From NCBI GenBank assembly GCA_963716725.1, contig CAVQUB010000021.1, positions 1 through 64,000 of the forward strand: 64,000 nucleotides of DNA, read 5' to 3'. Position numbers and translations under genes: made by a program. A model generated the notes under the pieces. It was not told where the DNA came from. It saw nothing but the letters and a program-made list of their open reading frames with translations, and ran no database searches. Source of the stretch: an uncultured delta proteobacterium. Lineage in GTDB: Bacteria; Myxococcota_A; Polyangia; Polyangiales; Polyangiaceae. Below, piece after piece: positions 28,313-38,746 of the stretch (positions are counted from its first letter, which is position 1; each line of letters opens with the position of its first letter).

Positions 28313-31300
28313 ATGCCCGCCCTGCCCCGCGGCCTATACGAGCAGCTGCTCACTGAAGCCCTCGCTGGCCGCCTCCAAGAGGTCGACGCACGCAGCCCGC
28401 TGACCGCCGACCTGCGCGCCGCTGAGGCTGCGGATCGGATAGCGCTGCACGTCTCACGCATCGTAGAGCGAGCGGTGGCGCGCCACCCCGAGAAAGAGCG
28501 CGTGGCCGCCGGACTGTCGCTCGCCCTGCGCGTGCTGGAACAGATCGACGCCGTGGTGGCGCAGGGCGAGAGCCCGGTGGCTCCGGCCAGCATTCTGCGC
28601 GCGGTGCGCTCGATTCTCCCCGACGGGACCCCCGAAGAGCTGGCTGATCCGCTCCTGCCCTTGCTCGACACGACCCTGCTCACGAACGCTCCGGGTGAGC
28701 CGCGTGTCGGCAGCCAGGTCCTCACCGAGATCGCCTCGGCCGACCAGATCGATGTCCTGATGGCGTTCATCCGTCGCAGCGGCATCGCGCCTCTGCTCGA
28801 TGCGCTGCGCAGACACTGCAACGCGGGACGCAACCTGCGGGTGCTGACCACGACCTTCACCGGTTCCACGGAGCGCAGAGCCCTCGACGCGCTGCGCGAA
28901 CTCGGCGCGCAGATCCGGGTCTCTTACGACACGCACACCACTCGCTTGCACGCCAAGGCCTGGCTCTTTCATCGTCGCTCGGGCTACTCCACGGCCTACG
29001 TCGGGTCCTCGAACCTGACGCATTCCGGCCAGGTGAGCGGGCTCGAGTGGAACGTGCGCGCTTCGGCGGCTCGGAACGCAGCCGTCGTCGACAAGGTGGC
29101 CGCGGTGTTCGAGAGCTACTGGGAGAGCGGCGACTTCCTGCCCTACGACCCCGAGGAGTTCGCTGGTCGCGTCGAGCAAGCGTCGGCTTCGGGTTCGACG
29201 GTCGTGCTCAGTCCGATCGAGGTTCGGCTCGAGCCCTTCCAGGAGCGGATGCTGGAGCGGCTGGCGTTCGCGCGCGCGGGCGGACACCACAAAAACCTGC
29301 TCGTGTCCGCCACCGGCACCGGCAAGACCGTGATGGCGGCCGTGGACTACGCGCGCCTCCGCGAGAACCTGCCGCGCGATCGACTCTTGTTCGTGGCGCA
29401 CCGAAGGGAGATCCTCGAGCACGCGCTCGCCACCTTCCGCCACGCGCTTCGAGATCCCGCCTTCGGTGAACTCTGGGTCGGCAGGCACCGCCCACAGCGC
29501 TTCGAACACGTCTTCGCCTCGATCCAGAGCCTCGACGCGGCGGATCTCGCGGACCTCGATCCAGCCCACTCCGACCTGGTGATCGTCGACGAATTCCACC
29601 ACGCCGCGGCCCGCACCTATCGCGCTTTTCTCGACCACGTCCGACCACGCGAGCTGCTCGGCCTCACGGCGACGCCGGAACGCAGCGACGGTCTCCCGGT
29701 GCTCGACTGGTTCGAAGGTCGCATCGCCGCGGAGCTCCGCCTCTGGGACGCCATCGATCAACACCGTCTCTCGCCCTTCGCCTACTACGGGATCCACGAC
29801 GGCCTCGACCTGCGCGACGTGCCGTGGCGCCGTGGTTCGGGCTACGACGTCGCCGGGCTGACCAATCTCCTGACCGCCAACGACGTCTGGGCCAGGCAGG
29901 TCATCTCCCAGCTCGTGGCGCGCGTCGACGACCCGTCCGCGATGCGTGCCCTTGGCTTCTGTGTGAGCACCGACCACGCGCGCTTCATGGCGCGAGTGTT
30001 CCGCGAGGCCGGCATCGCCGCGACCGCAATTTGGGCCGATAGCCCCGAAAAAGAACGCCACGCGGCCCTCACCGACCTCGCCGCCCGCCGCGTGAACGCG
30101 GTCTTCTCGGTGGATCTGTTCAACGAGGGCATCGACGTGCCGGTGGTGGACACGCTGCTCTTCCTGCGCCCCACCGACAGTCCGACGCTCTTCCTGCAGC
30201 AACTCGGCCGCGGCCTGCGTCGGAGCCGCGACAAGACCGAGTGCACGGTGCTCGACTTCGTCGGCCACCATCGCCGGGAGTTCCGCTTCGACCGGCGCTT
30301 CCGCGCGCTGCTTGGCGGAACCCGCAAGGATCTGATCGAGGCCGTGGAGAAGGGCTTCCCGTTTCTGCCGGCCGGTTGCCACATGGCACTCGACTCCGTG
30401 GCGCGTGACATCGTGCTCGCCAGCGTCCGCCAAGGGATCCCGTCGCACTGGTCTGCGAAGGTCGATGAGCTGCGACGCCTGGCCAGCAGCGTAGGGCCCC
30501 ACGTCACCCTCGAGCAGTACCTCGAGGAAACCGACCTCGACCTCGACGACGCTTACGCTGCCAACCGCAGCTGGTCCGATCTGCGAGCCGCGGCCGGGCT
30601 GCCCATCGCGCCATCGGGCGCCCACGAGCCCGTCCTTCGCCGCGCGATCGGGCGTCTCCTCCACATCGACGATCAGGGCCGGATCGACGGCTATCGACGG
30701 CTGCTCTCATCGGACTTTGCCCCCGAGGTGGCCGGCCTCGCCGAACGTGACCGCCGGCTACTTCGCATGCTCGTCGCGTCGATCACCGATCGCGCCGTCG
30801 ATCGGGCGGCCACCCTCGAGGAGGCCTGCGCGCTCTTGTGGGCGCACCCCCAGGTTCTGGCCGAAATCCGCGAGCTTCTCGCGTTGCTCAGAGCGCGCAT
30901 CGACCGCATTCACCCCGCGCTTTCGACCCACCCAGACGTTCCGCTCGCCGTGCACGGCCGTTACTCACGGATCGAGATCCTCGCCGCGTTCGGCGTTGAT
31001 GACCGCGCGAAGGTTGCTGCCTGGCAAACCGGCGTGCGCCACTTGAAAGAGCAGGCCGCCGATCTTCTGGCCTTCACCCTGGACAAGACCAGCGGGCAGT
31101 TCTCGCCGACCACGCGCTACCGCGACTACGCCATCAGCCGCGACCTCATCCACTGGGAGAGCCAGTCCGTGGTGCGAGAGGCCAGCGACACCGGGCTGCG
31201 CTACCAGCGACACGCGGCAGAGGGCTCTTCCATCTTTCTGTTCGCGCGCCTGCGAGCTGACGAACGTGCGTTCTGGTTTTTGGGGCCCGCCAGGTATGTA

Positions 31301-31396
31301 CGCCACGAATCAGAGTGCCCGATGGCGATCACGTGGCGACTGCACTTCCCGCTCCCGGGTGACCTCTTCACCACCTTTGCGGCGGCGGTGGCGTGA
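28313..31396 (+). CDS. PLD nuclease - SF2 helicase - DUF3427 protein (SauUSI-like type IV restriction enzyme)
   Basis: LHAKAW...VGSSNLT (PLD), ATGTGKT, VDEFHH, GLTATP, QQLGRGLR, C-terminal YRDYAIS...IHWESQ. Confidence 0.88.
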   Translation: MPALPRGLYEQLLTEALAGRLQEVDARSPLTADLRAAEAADRIALHVSRIVERAVARHPEKERVAAGLSLALRVLEQIDAVVAQGESPVAPASILRAVRSILPDGTPEELADPLLPLLDTTLLTNAPGEPRVGSQVLTEIASADQIDVLMAFIRRSGIAPLLDALRRHCNAGRNLRVLTTTFTGSTERRALDALRELGAQIRVSYDTHTTRLHAKAWLFHRRSGYSTAYVGSSNLTHSGQVSGLEWNVRASAARNAAVVDKVAAVFESYWESGDFLPYDPEEFAGRVEQASASGSTVVLSPIEVRLEPFQERMLERLAFARAGGHHKNLLVSATGTGKTVMAAVDYARLRENLPRDRLLFVAHRREILEHALATFRHALRDPAFGELWVGRHRPQRFEHVFASIQSLDAADLADLDPAHSDLVIVDEFHHAAARTYRAFLDHVRPRELLGLTATPERSDGLPVLDWFEGRIAAELRLWDAIDQHRLSPFAYYGIHDGLDLRDVPWRRGSGYDVAGLTNLLTANDVWARQVISQLVARVDDPSAMRALGFCVSTDHARFMARVFREAGIAATAIWADSPEKERHAALTDLAARRVNAVFSVDLFNEGIDVPVVDTLLFLRPTDSPTLFLQQLGRGLRRSRDKTECTVLDFVGHHRREFRFDRRFRALLGGTRKDLIEAVEKGFPFLPAGCHMALDSVARDIVLASVRQGIPSHWSAKVDELRRLASSVGPHVTLEQYLEETDLDLDDAYAANRSWSDLRAAAGLPIAPSGAHEPVLRRAIGRLLHIDDQGRIDGYRRLLSSDFAPEVAGLAERDRRLLRMLVASITDRAVDRAATLEEACALLWAHPQVLAEIRELLALLRARIDRIHPALSTHPDVPLAVHGRYSRIEILAAFGVDDRAKVAAWQTGVRHLKEQAADLLAFTLDKTSGQFSPTTRYRDYAISRDLIHWESQSVVREASDTGLRYQRHAAEGSSIFLFARLRADERAFWFLGPARYVRHESECPMAITWRLHFPLPGDLFTTFAAAVA

Positions 31397-31406
31397 GAGC
31401 GGCGCC

Positions 31407-32621
31407 TCACGCATATTCGATCCGAACCGTCTCGATGATGGTCTTCATCGCGGCCTTCACCACCTCGGTGTCCGGATCGCGCACGATCACGTAGCCGTCG
31501 CCTTCGTAGCTGTCCTTGCGGGGGGTGCCGAGCTTGGGCAGCCGGCTCTCGACCACGAGCCGACCCACCCCTTCGTTGGCGCGGTCGACGCCGGTGATCC
31601 GGGCGACTCGGCCGCGGCCCATGCCGCGCAGGTAGGCAACACCGACCGCGAAACGGCGCTCGTAGGGGCCATCGAAGGCCTCGTCGATCACCGCGCGCGC
31701 CCAGGCGCGATACATGTCCGCGTCGTGCACGTAGCTGTTCGCGAGCACCATCTGGGCTCCCGGGGGACGAGCCGCGACCTCGCCGATGGCCAGGCCGCCG
31801 TCGCTGCGGCGGAACCACTCCATGTGCGTGAAGCCGGTGTCGAGACCAAGGACGCGTACGCAGCGCACTCCGAGCTGCCGCGCGTCGGCGAAGTCGGGAC
31901 CGCTGATCACCCGGGGCAACACCACCACCCACTGGATCCAGGGATTCTCGACGACTTCGAGGGGCGTCGGGTAGTACCGGCTGATGGACTGGAAGCGGAC
32001 CTCGCCGCCGACCGTGATCGTCTCGAAGCTGTGCTCGCTGCCCACCAGCAGCTCTTCGGCGAGAGCGGGTCGGGTCGGCGACGCGGCAATCGCAGTGAGT
32101 GCGGCGCGAAGTTCGTCGCCGGTGCGCACGCGCCAGGTCGCAGCGCAGGCCATGCCCGCCGGGGGCTTGAGCACCATCGGTAAGCCGACCTCGCCGACGA
32201 AGGCCTCGGCGTCCGCCCAGGAGTGGATCAGGCGGTGTCGCGCGCAGGGCAGGCCGTGCCGGCGGAGCTCGTCCTTCATGCGGGCCTTGTCGCGGAACAA
32301 ATCCGCGGTGGCGGGGTCGGTGCCGGGCACCCCCAGCGCTCGGCGCACCTCACCGAGCTGAACCTGGAGCGGCTCGAGGATCCCAAGCACCCGGTGCAGC
32401 TTGCCGTGCCGGCGCTGGAGCAGCTGCGCGGCCTCGATCAGCTGTCGGCTGTCGAGCCCGTCGGCGACCTGGACCTGGTCGGCAAAGAGGGCGCGGCTCT
32501 GGCCCGCCACCAGCTCTTGACCGATGCCGAGCAGACGCACACCGCTGACGGCCGCCGCCGCGCGGGCGAAGCGCAGGGTGGTTTCCAGTGGAAAGGGCGC
32601 GACGAACACCACATTTCGCAT
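31407..32621 (-). CDS. ATP-grasp ligase
   Basis: MRNVVFVAPF; FRDKARMK, VLKPPAG, THMEWF, GEVAARPPG. Confidence 0.88.
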   Translation of the reverse strand: MRNVVFVAPFPLETTLRFARAAAAVSGVRLLGIGQELVAGQSRALFADQVQVADGLDSRQLIEAAQLLQRRHGKLHRVLGILEPLQVQLGEVRRALGVPGTDPATADLFRDKARMKDELRRHGLPCARHRLIHSWADAEAFVGEVGLPMVLKPPAGMACAATWRVRTGDELRAALTAIAASPTRPALAEELLVGSEHSFETITVGGEVRFQSISRYYPTPLEVVENPWIQWVVVLPRVISGPDFADARQLGVRCVRVLGLDTGFTHMEWFRRSDGGLAIGEVAARPPGAQMVLANSYVHDADMYRAWARAVIDEAFDGPYERRFAVGVAYLRGMGRGRVARITGVDRANEGVGRLVVESRLPKLGTPRKDSYEGDGYVIVRDPDTEVVKAAMKTIIETVRIEYA

Positions 32622-32644
32622 GCGTTGCCTTGTACCATCAGCCC
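32622..32644. promoter_or_regulatory. Putative bidirectional leaderless promoter
   Basis: 23-bp gap between divergent ATGs; TACCAT on + and TACAAG on - share the same TA pair and lie 6-7 nt before each ATG; no SD sequence. Confidence 0.5.
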
Positions 32645-33862
32645 ATGAAGGTCGTCTTCCTTGCACCGAGCTACCCGCCCGAAATGCAACAGTACACGCG
32701 GGGTCTCGCCGAGGTCGGCGCGGAGGTCTACGGAGTCGGCGACACGCCACGGACGTCGCTGCCGTCATCGCTGAAGCAGCACCTGGCCGACTACCTGCAA
32801 GTGCCCCGCATCCTCGACGAAGAAGACGTCGTGGCGCGCGTGAGCGCGTGGCTGCGCGGACGCGAAGTGGATCGCGTGCTGGCAAACTGGGAGGTCGCAG
32901 TGCTGACCGCCGCGCGGCTCCGCGAGCGCTTTGGAATGCCAGGCATGAGCGTGGACACGGTGCGTGGCTTTCGTGACAAGCAATTGATGAAGGAGCGCGT
33001 CAGTCGCGCCGGGTTGCGGACGCCGCGGTCGGAGCGAGTGCGCACGTCGACCGAGACGCGCGCCGCGGCCGCGCGCATCGGCTACCCGCTGATCTCGAAG
33101 CCCATCTCGGGCGCTGGCAGCGCCGACACCTTCAAGGTGCGGGACGCGAGCGAACTCGAGAGCGCGTTGGTCAAGATGCAGCATGTAGAGGTCGCCAGCT
33201 GTGAGGAGTACATCAGCGGCGAAGAGTTCACCTTCGACACGGTTTGCGTGGGCGGCGTGCCGCTCTACACCAACGTCGCGCAGTACCTGCCGCCTCCGCT
33301 GCTCGCGCGTAGCGAGGAGTGGATCAGCCCCATCATCATCACGGTGCGCGACATGGACCAGCCGAAGATTGCCGCCGGAGTAGCCCTGGGCAAGCAGGTG
33401 CTCGGCGCGCTGGGCATGGGCGACGGCTTCACCCACATGGAGTGGTTCCGCAAGCCCGATGGCGAGGTGGTGTTCGGTGAAATCGGCTGCCGGCCCGGCG
33501 GAGCGAACCTGGTCGACCAGATGAACTACACCGGCGACATCGACCTGTTCCGCGAGTGGGCTCGGGCCGTGTGCTGGGGCCGCTTCGATGCGCCCACCCG
33601 CCGCAAGTACAACGCAGCCATCATCTTCAAACGGGCCAAGGGCCAGGGCCGAATCACGCGCATCGACGGGCTCGGCTCGTTCATGCGCAAGTACGGCGCT
33701 CACGTGGTGGAAGAACGGTTGCTCAGGCCCGGCACGCCGCGCCGCAACTGGAAGCACACCCTGATCTCGGACGGGCATATCATGCTGCGTCACCCCGATT
33801 GGGAGTCGACCTACGAGATGGCCCAGGCCGCAGCGACCGAAGTGACACTCTGGGCCGAGTGA
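32645..33862 (+). CDS. ATP-grasp ligase
   Basis: MKVVFLAPSYP; FRDKQLMK, ISKPISGAGS, THMEWF, GEIGCRPGG. Confidence 0.9.
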   Translation: MKVVFLAPSYPPEMQQYTRGLAEVGAEVYGVGDTPRTSLPSSLKQHLADYLQVPRILDEEDVVARVSAWLRGREVDRVLANWEVAVLTAARLRERFGMPGMSVDTVRGFRDKQLMKERVSRAGLRTPRSERVRTSTETRAAAARIGYPLISKPISGAGSADTFKVRDASELESALVKMQHVEVASCEEYISGEEFTFDTVCVGGVPLYTNVAQYLPPPLLARSEEWISPIIITVRDMDQPKIAAGVALGKQVLGALGMGDGFTHMEWFRKPDGEVVFGEIGCRPGGANLVDQMNYTGDIDLFREWARAVCWGRFDAPTRRKYNAAIIFKRAKGQGRITRIDGLGSFMRKYGAHVVEERLLRPGTPRRNWKHTLISDGHIMLRHPDWESTYEMAQAAATEVTLWAE

Positions 33863-33872
33863 CGCGCCAACG

Positions 33873-34634
33873 TCACGCCCTTGGCGGCCCATGCGGCCGG
33901 CCTTCGACCCAGCGTCGGTAAGCTGGGGGCGGAAAGAACGCCAGGCCGATGCACAGCGCCGAGATCGTCGCGAGCAGCGAGACGGTGCTCAGCGCCCACA
34001 CGTGCGCGCGGAGCCCTGTGCCGTAGACCAGACGATGCACGATGCTGACGGAGAAACCCAGGGAGGAGCTGCCGATGCCGATGCCCCAGAGCGCCACCCG
34101 GTTGACGACGAGGGGCTGGGCCAAGCCGATGCGCTGGCGCAGGCGCAGGTTGTGGTGCAGCCGAAGGCATTCGATGGCCATCCAGGTCGGCGCCGCGCCG
34201 CGGGCCGCGAGAGCGAGCGGCACGTAGGGGCCGGTGATCGGGGTCAGATCCGAGTAGCGGAGCAGCTCGCCCGACAGCGCTTCCCCGACGAATGCCAGCG
34301 CGATCAGGGCGGTCAGCGTGCCCGCGAGGGCGCCGGCCCACGCTTCGCGCGGACGAAAGACCCGCCATGAGAACGCGATCAGCGCGACGTCGCCAATGCA
34401 CTCGATGGAGAGCCCGATCATGGTGAGGACTTCCCGCTGCTCCACGGTGCCTTCGACGAAGAGCTTGCCGGCCGTCCCGACTGCGTAGGCGAGAAAGCCG
34501 ACGCAGAGCATGGCGACGGCCAAGAGCAGCTCCGGGAGCTTGCGCGTCCGCCACCAAAGCGCGAGCACTCGCAGGCCCACCAGCAGCGACGTGAGCATGA
34601 AGAGCACGAGCCCGCTGACGCTGATGACGCTCAC
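33873..34634 (-). CDS. Integral membrane protein, about 7 TM helices
   Basis: Repeated hydrophobic segments; overlaps the upstream small gene. Confidence 0.7.
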   Translation of the reverse strand: MSVISVSGLVLFMLTSLLVGLRVLALWWRTRKLPELLLAVAMLCVGFLAYAVGTAGKLFVEGTVEQREVLTMIGLSIECIGDVALIAFSWRVFRPREAWAGALAGTLTALIALAFVGEALSGELLRYSDLTPITGPYVPLALAARGAAPTWMAIECLRLHHNLRLRQRIGLAQPLVVNRVALWGIGIGSSSLGFSVSIVHRLVYGTGLRAHVWALSTVSLLATISALCIGLAFFPPPAYRRWVEGRPHGPPRA

Positions 34635-34966
34635 TTTCGGCCCCGCCTGGTGGTGTCGGACTCGAGTCGGTCGAAGAGCTCGTAGGCGGTGTCCTCGTGG
34701 GTGTCCGGACGGGAGGCGCCAACCACGACCAGGTCATGGCAGAGCGCCCGGCAGAGCGACGCGGCGTCGTCCACCTTGCGTTTGGCGAGGGCGGCGGACA
34801 TCAGGCGTTCGAGCACCACCAACATCTGCCGGGAGGTCACGCTGCTCGGGTCGAGGCCCACGTCGCGCAGCACCAGGCGCACGGTGCCGCGGGCCTCGAG
34901 CGCCGACATTTTGGTGCGCGCTTCGAGTTCCGCGCACACCCACTCGAATGTGTTCGAACCGGTCAC
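34631..34966 (-). CDS. Small hypothetical protein
   Basis: FEWVCAELE...LEARGTVRLVL; coupled to the membrane protein gene. Confidence 0.6.
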   Translation of the reverse strand: MTGSNTFEWVCAELEARTKMSALEARGTVRLVLRDVGLDPSSVTSRQMLVVLERLMSAALAKRKVDDAASLCRALCHDLVVVGASRPDTHEDTAYELFDRLESDTTRRGRK

Positions 34967-34994
34967 GGGCTTGAAGCCGGAAGCGTAACCCGAG

Positions 34995-36665
34995 TCAGCC
35001 TCTCGGAGCGACCGCCGTGACCGACCCGTCAGGGGAAATGCGGAGGCCGAGGACGCCTCGCTCCCCGGACAGTTCGAGCAGCAAAACGGCAGCGGAACGC
35101 CGCGCGACGAGGTTCATGGAGACGACGCTTCCGGCCAGCACCCGGCGCCCCGACGACACACCGTCGTCGAACACGAGCAGGTCCGTCGCGGCCGGCAGGC
35201 CCCCGGGATCGGCGAGCCGCGCTCGGATCCCCCGGCTGGCCGAGCGCCAAACCACCAGCAGCTTGCCCTCGAGACCGGCGGCGACGACCTCGCCCGACCG
35301 TTTGCCGGTCGGACGGATCGCGTCCGGCGCGCCGTCGAGCATGGCGTCGACTTCGATCTCGCTGCTCACGCAGCCGAGCTTGGTGCAGATGGCGTGCTGC
35401 GCCACGTAGCCGATCGTGTCGGTGTCCGAACGCTTGCGTGATACCTCCACGACCCGAGTCAGCGTGACCGCGCTCCCGCTGCACGAGAGAGCGCGCGCCC
35501 CAGCCTTGGCGTCCGCGCGCAGCTTCGCACGATGCACGGCCGAGGCGGTCTCGCCGGACAAGAACACGACGCGGGAATCCGAGCCGCGCGAGAGCACCAC
35601 GGCCAGCTCTTCCTTGGTACGACAGCCTTCGATGCTGTCGGGCACCAGCTCGATCACTCCGTGATCGACGGGCTTTCCGAGCCCGAGCGGCTCGCGCGTC
35701 AGCGCAGCGGACATCAAGTGATCCCAGTCGTCGTCGTGACCCCGCGCCACCCACACCATTCGGTCCGAGAACAGGCCGAGCCGCTTGAACGACAGGTCGA
35801 GCTCGAGGGGGGTGTCACGCTTCGCGCCCGTCCACGACGAGAGCCTCCACCCCCGATCGGGCTGCTCCGAGGGTTCGAGGGTGACGAAGGAGTCTGCTCC
35901 GTGCGTGTGGGCGTACACGGCGCGATCCGGACTTTTGGCATCGAAGAGCGTGCCGGTGTCGGCGCGGAAGAAGCGCTGCACTCGGCTGTCAGGCAGCAGG
36001 TGATCGCTGATCCATAGCGACCCGGCCTCGTCTCCGGGGGGCCAGAGCACGAAACCCTGGGCGCCAACCGGCGCGTGCTTTGCCAGCGATCCACAGCTCG
36101 CAGCGTCGAGCCGCTCCGAGAAGGAGCAGAGCTTGCTGCGTCCGATGACCAGGTTGAGGCGCGCGCTGGGCACGGGATCGCTGGTGGTCCCCGCGAGCGT
36201 TGCCCGCTCGGCGATGAGCGGCAAACTATCGTCGGGGGCAGCTGCGGCTGGCGGCGCTCTAGGCACGTCGGGCGCTGGCTCGACTCCGGCCACGAGCGCC
36301 GGGATGCTCAGCGCCGTCGGCTCGCGTTCGAAGCGCCCGAGGTCGAAGCCTTTGCCCCAGGCCGCGCGCACCTCGGAAGCGTCGGCCTTCTGCCCCGCGC
36401 GCTCGAGCGCTTCGGCAAGACGGGTCGCCACCGCATCGCATCGCGCCGGCCAATCCGCGGGCGGTCCGCCGATCATGATGCGGTGCAGGCGAAGCTCCGC
36501 GCCTTCGCCCGCCGCGAGGGGCGCGCCCAAGAGACAGTGCGCCAAGGAAGCGGCGGCCACCTGCGCGGCACGAGTCGCTCGCTTCGCCATGAACAGCCAA
36601 GCACCCACGCCGCAGGCGGCGAGCAGCACGACGGCGACGACCCCAGCCACGACTCGCCTCGACAT
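34995..36665 (-). CDS. Membrane-anchored hypothetical protein
   Basis: N-terminal TM/signal; 556-aa ORF; TATCAT 7 nt before the ATG. Confidence 0.65.
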   Translation of the reverse strand: MSRRVVAGVVAVVLLAACGVGAWLFMAKRATRAAQVAAASLAHCLLGAPLAAGEGAELRLHRIMIGGPPADWPARCDAVATRLAEALERAGQKADASEVRAAWGKGFDLGRFEREPTALSIPALVAGVEPAPDVPRAPPAAAAPDDSLPLIAERATLAGTTSDPVPSARLNLVIGRSKLCSFSERLDAASCGSLAKHAPVGAQGFVLWPPGDEAGSLWISDHLLPDSRVQRFFRADTGTLFDAKSPDRAVYAHTHGADSFVTLEPSEQPDRGWRLSSWTGAKRDTPLELDLSFKRLGLFSDRMVWVARGHDDDWDHLMSAALTREPLGLGKPVDHGVIELVPDSIEGCRTKEELAVVLSRGSDSRVVFLSGETASAVHRAKLRADAKAGARALSCSGSAVTLTRVVEVSRKRSDTDTIGYVAQHAICTKLGCVSSEIEVDAMLDGAPDAIRPTGKRSGEVVAAGLEGKLLVVWRSASRGIRARLADPGGLPAATDLLVFDDGVSSGRRVLAGSVVSMNLVARRSAAVLLLELSGERGVLGLRISPDGSVTAVAPRG

Positions 36666-36695
36666 CGGGGCGATGATAGCGCCGAACGCCGAAGC

Positions 36696-37820
36696 TCAGG
36701 GTGAATCGCAGTCGCTCAGCTCGCTGAGCGGGACCAAGAGCTGCGCATCGTCCGCGAGCTTCAGCCACCGCGCCTGGGGAACGGACACCTGGACGAGGGC
36801 CATCCGCTCTTGACGGCCTGGCGGATCGGCGCCCGGAGGCGCCGCCGGCGGCTCGAGGCTGTTGAAGAACGTGCCCTTGCGAATGATGCCGATCTTGGCG
36901 CGCGCCCCGCCGGCCTCGGCGACGAGCGTGAGGTCGCGAGCGCACTTGCGATTGCCTCGCGCGCTCGAGGAGCGAGACCCGAATCTTCCAAGCCCGATGC
37001 CGTAGCCGCTGCCGCCTCGCCGAGGGCCGAGGTCTGCCGAGGCGACCCAACCGAAGAGCACGAAGCTCGAAGCATCGACCAAGATCCTGGTGTGGAGCCC
37101 GCGAACCTCGACGACCTCGACTCCGATGCCCTGCCGAAGCCGCGCCGAAGCCGTCCCAGCGCGCTCCGCCGAGAGCTCGGCGCCAGCCCGGGCGACGTCG
37201 CGTTCCGTCAGGTTCTTCCGCCGGGTGACGTGCTCGCGCGCCGAGTATTCGACGGCGTTCAACACGATGAGCTCGCAGGCAAGGCGATCCGTCACCAGCT
37301 CCGGCGATTCGAGCAGCTTGCTCGCGTCGAGGCCCACATCGAGTGAACCCGCCGCACCACCCACCCAGGTCAGCGCAGCCGACGACTTGGGGACTAGGAT
37401 GCCTGCCAACGCGTGGGCCTTCGCAGCGCGCAGCGTCACGTCCGCTTCGCGCGCGAAACCCCTCACGATCAGCTGTCCGTCATCGAACACCGCCGTCGGC
37501 GCCGCGGGCGCACCCGCGGGCATGACCAAGGTGACCGGCGCGTTGGTGACGCTCGCAAACGCGGGTCCACCCTGGCGGATCAGCAAGCTCGACAGTGACC
37601 ACTGCTTCTCGACGATGCGGCAGGCGACGCTCGCGGGCTCGTGCACCACGGGCAGAGTCGGCACGGCGTCGACGGGGGACGTCTCGGCCCCGGCGCTGGC
37701 GGCCGGAAGGGGGATCTCGATCTTGGTGGGACCCGGTTCGCCGCTCGGAGCTGGCGCTGGCCCTCGCGCCGCGCAACCCGAGATCGCGACGGCGGTGAGC
37801 GTCCACGCCGCGCTCCGCAT
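36696..37820 (-). CDS. Putative lipoprotein
   Basis: Lipobox ISGC followed by a Pro-rich linker. Confidence 0.65.
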   Translation of the reverse strand: MRSAAWTLTAVAISGCAARGPAPAPSGEPGPTKIEIPLPAASAGAETSPVDAVPTLPVVHEPASVACRIVEKQWSLSSLLIRQGGPAFASVTNAPVTLVMPAGAPAAPTAVFDDGQLIVRGFAREADVTLRAAKAHALAGILVPKSSAALTWVGGAAGSLDVGLDASKLLESPELVTDRLACELIVLNAVEYSAREHVTRRKNLTERDVARAGAELSAERAGTASARLRQGIGVEVVEVRGLHTRILVDASSFVLFGWVASADLGPRRGGSGYGIGLGRFGSRSSSARGNRKCARDLTLVAEAGGARAKIGIIRKGTFFNSLEPPAAPPGADPPGRQERMALVQVSVPQARWLKLADDAQLLVPLSELSDCDSP

Positions 37821-37825
37821 GGTCT

Positions 37826-38746
37826 TCAGTCCACCGCGCGCCCGACGAAGAATCCGTCGGAACCCAGCGCCTGATAGAGCGGCAGGAGCACCAGGCAGTC
37901 GTTGGGCGCTCGGATTTCTCCGCTGCGGTCCCGCGCGATGAGCGTGCCCGCGGTGGTGGGATGAATGGTGGTGAACCCGGGCTCCATCCTGAAGTCGTGA
38001 TCCGGCGCCACGGCGTGGCGCGAGAGCACCTCGATCAGCTTGGGCAGAGCGCCCCGGGCCCGCTCGAGTACCGCGTTTGCGTCGTCGATCTCGGGCAGGT
38101 GCTGCTTCGCAAAGACCCCGCTCGCCACCAAGGCGACGGTCACCGCGGCGACCAGGTGGTCACGCGCCTTGGCGCCATCGTGCTGTCCGCCCTCCACCGC
38201 AAAGGTCACGCAGCCACGCCGGCCGAGGTAGCTCGTGAGCACACCGGGGAGCTGGCTCTCGAGGCCCACCATGCACGGCAGCGCAAAATGCGAGGCGAAG
38301 GCCCGATGCTCTTGGGTGGGACCCACGACGCCGAAGGGCGTGCCTTCGGAAGAGGTCGTGTGCAGGTCGAGCACGTACACCGGACCGCGGGCGCGGGCCA
38401 TGATGGCGTCGATGGCATCCGCTAGCTCTACGGTCTCGTGGAACTCGGCCTCAGCCGGATCGTCCGTGGCGGCAGCAACCATGCCGCGCGCCTCGACGAC
38501 GCGGTCTTCGGTCCATTGGCGGTTCAGATCGCGGTCGAGATAACGTCTCCGCGCGACCAGCGCCCGAAGGTTGCCCGCGAGCGCGATGACCTCACCCACC
38601 AGCGGCGTCTTGTCGTGCCGGAGGCGCGACAGCACGATGCGCGCCGCTTCCATGCCGGCGGGCTCGTTGCCGTGCAGCCCACCGACGAGGATCAGCGTTG
38701 GCCCCGGCGCGCTGCCAGCGATGCGATTGATCTGTCGAGCGGTCAA
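37826..38746 (-). CDS. Succinylglutamate desuccinylase/aspartoacylase family (M14) deacylase
   Basis: GGLHGNE, DLNR, LDLHTTS, AVEGGQH. Confidence 0.9.
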   Translation of the reverse strand: MTARQINRIAGSAPGPTLILVGGLHGNEPAGMEAARIVLSRLRHDKTPLVGEVIALAGNLRALVARRRYLDRDLNRQWTEDRVVEARGMVAAATDDPAEAEFHETVELADAIDAIMARARGPVYVLDLHTTSSEGTPFGVVGPTQEHRAFASHFALPCMVGLESQLPGVLTSYLGRRGCVTFAVEGGQHDGAKARDHLVAAVTVALVASGVFAKQHLPEIDDANAVLERARGALPKLIEVLSRHAVAPDHDFRMEPGFTTIHPTTAGTLIARDRSGEIRAPNDCLVLLPLYQALGSDGFFVGRAVD

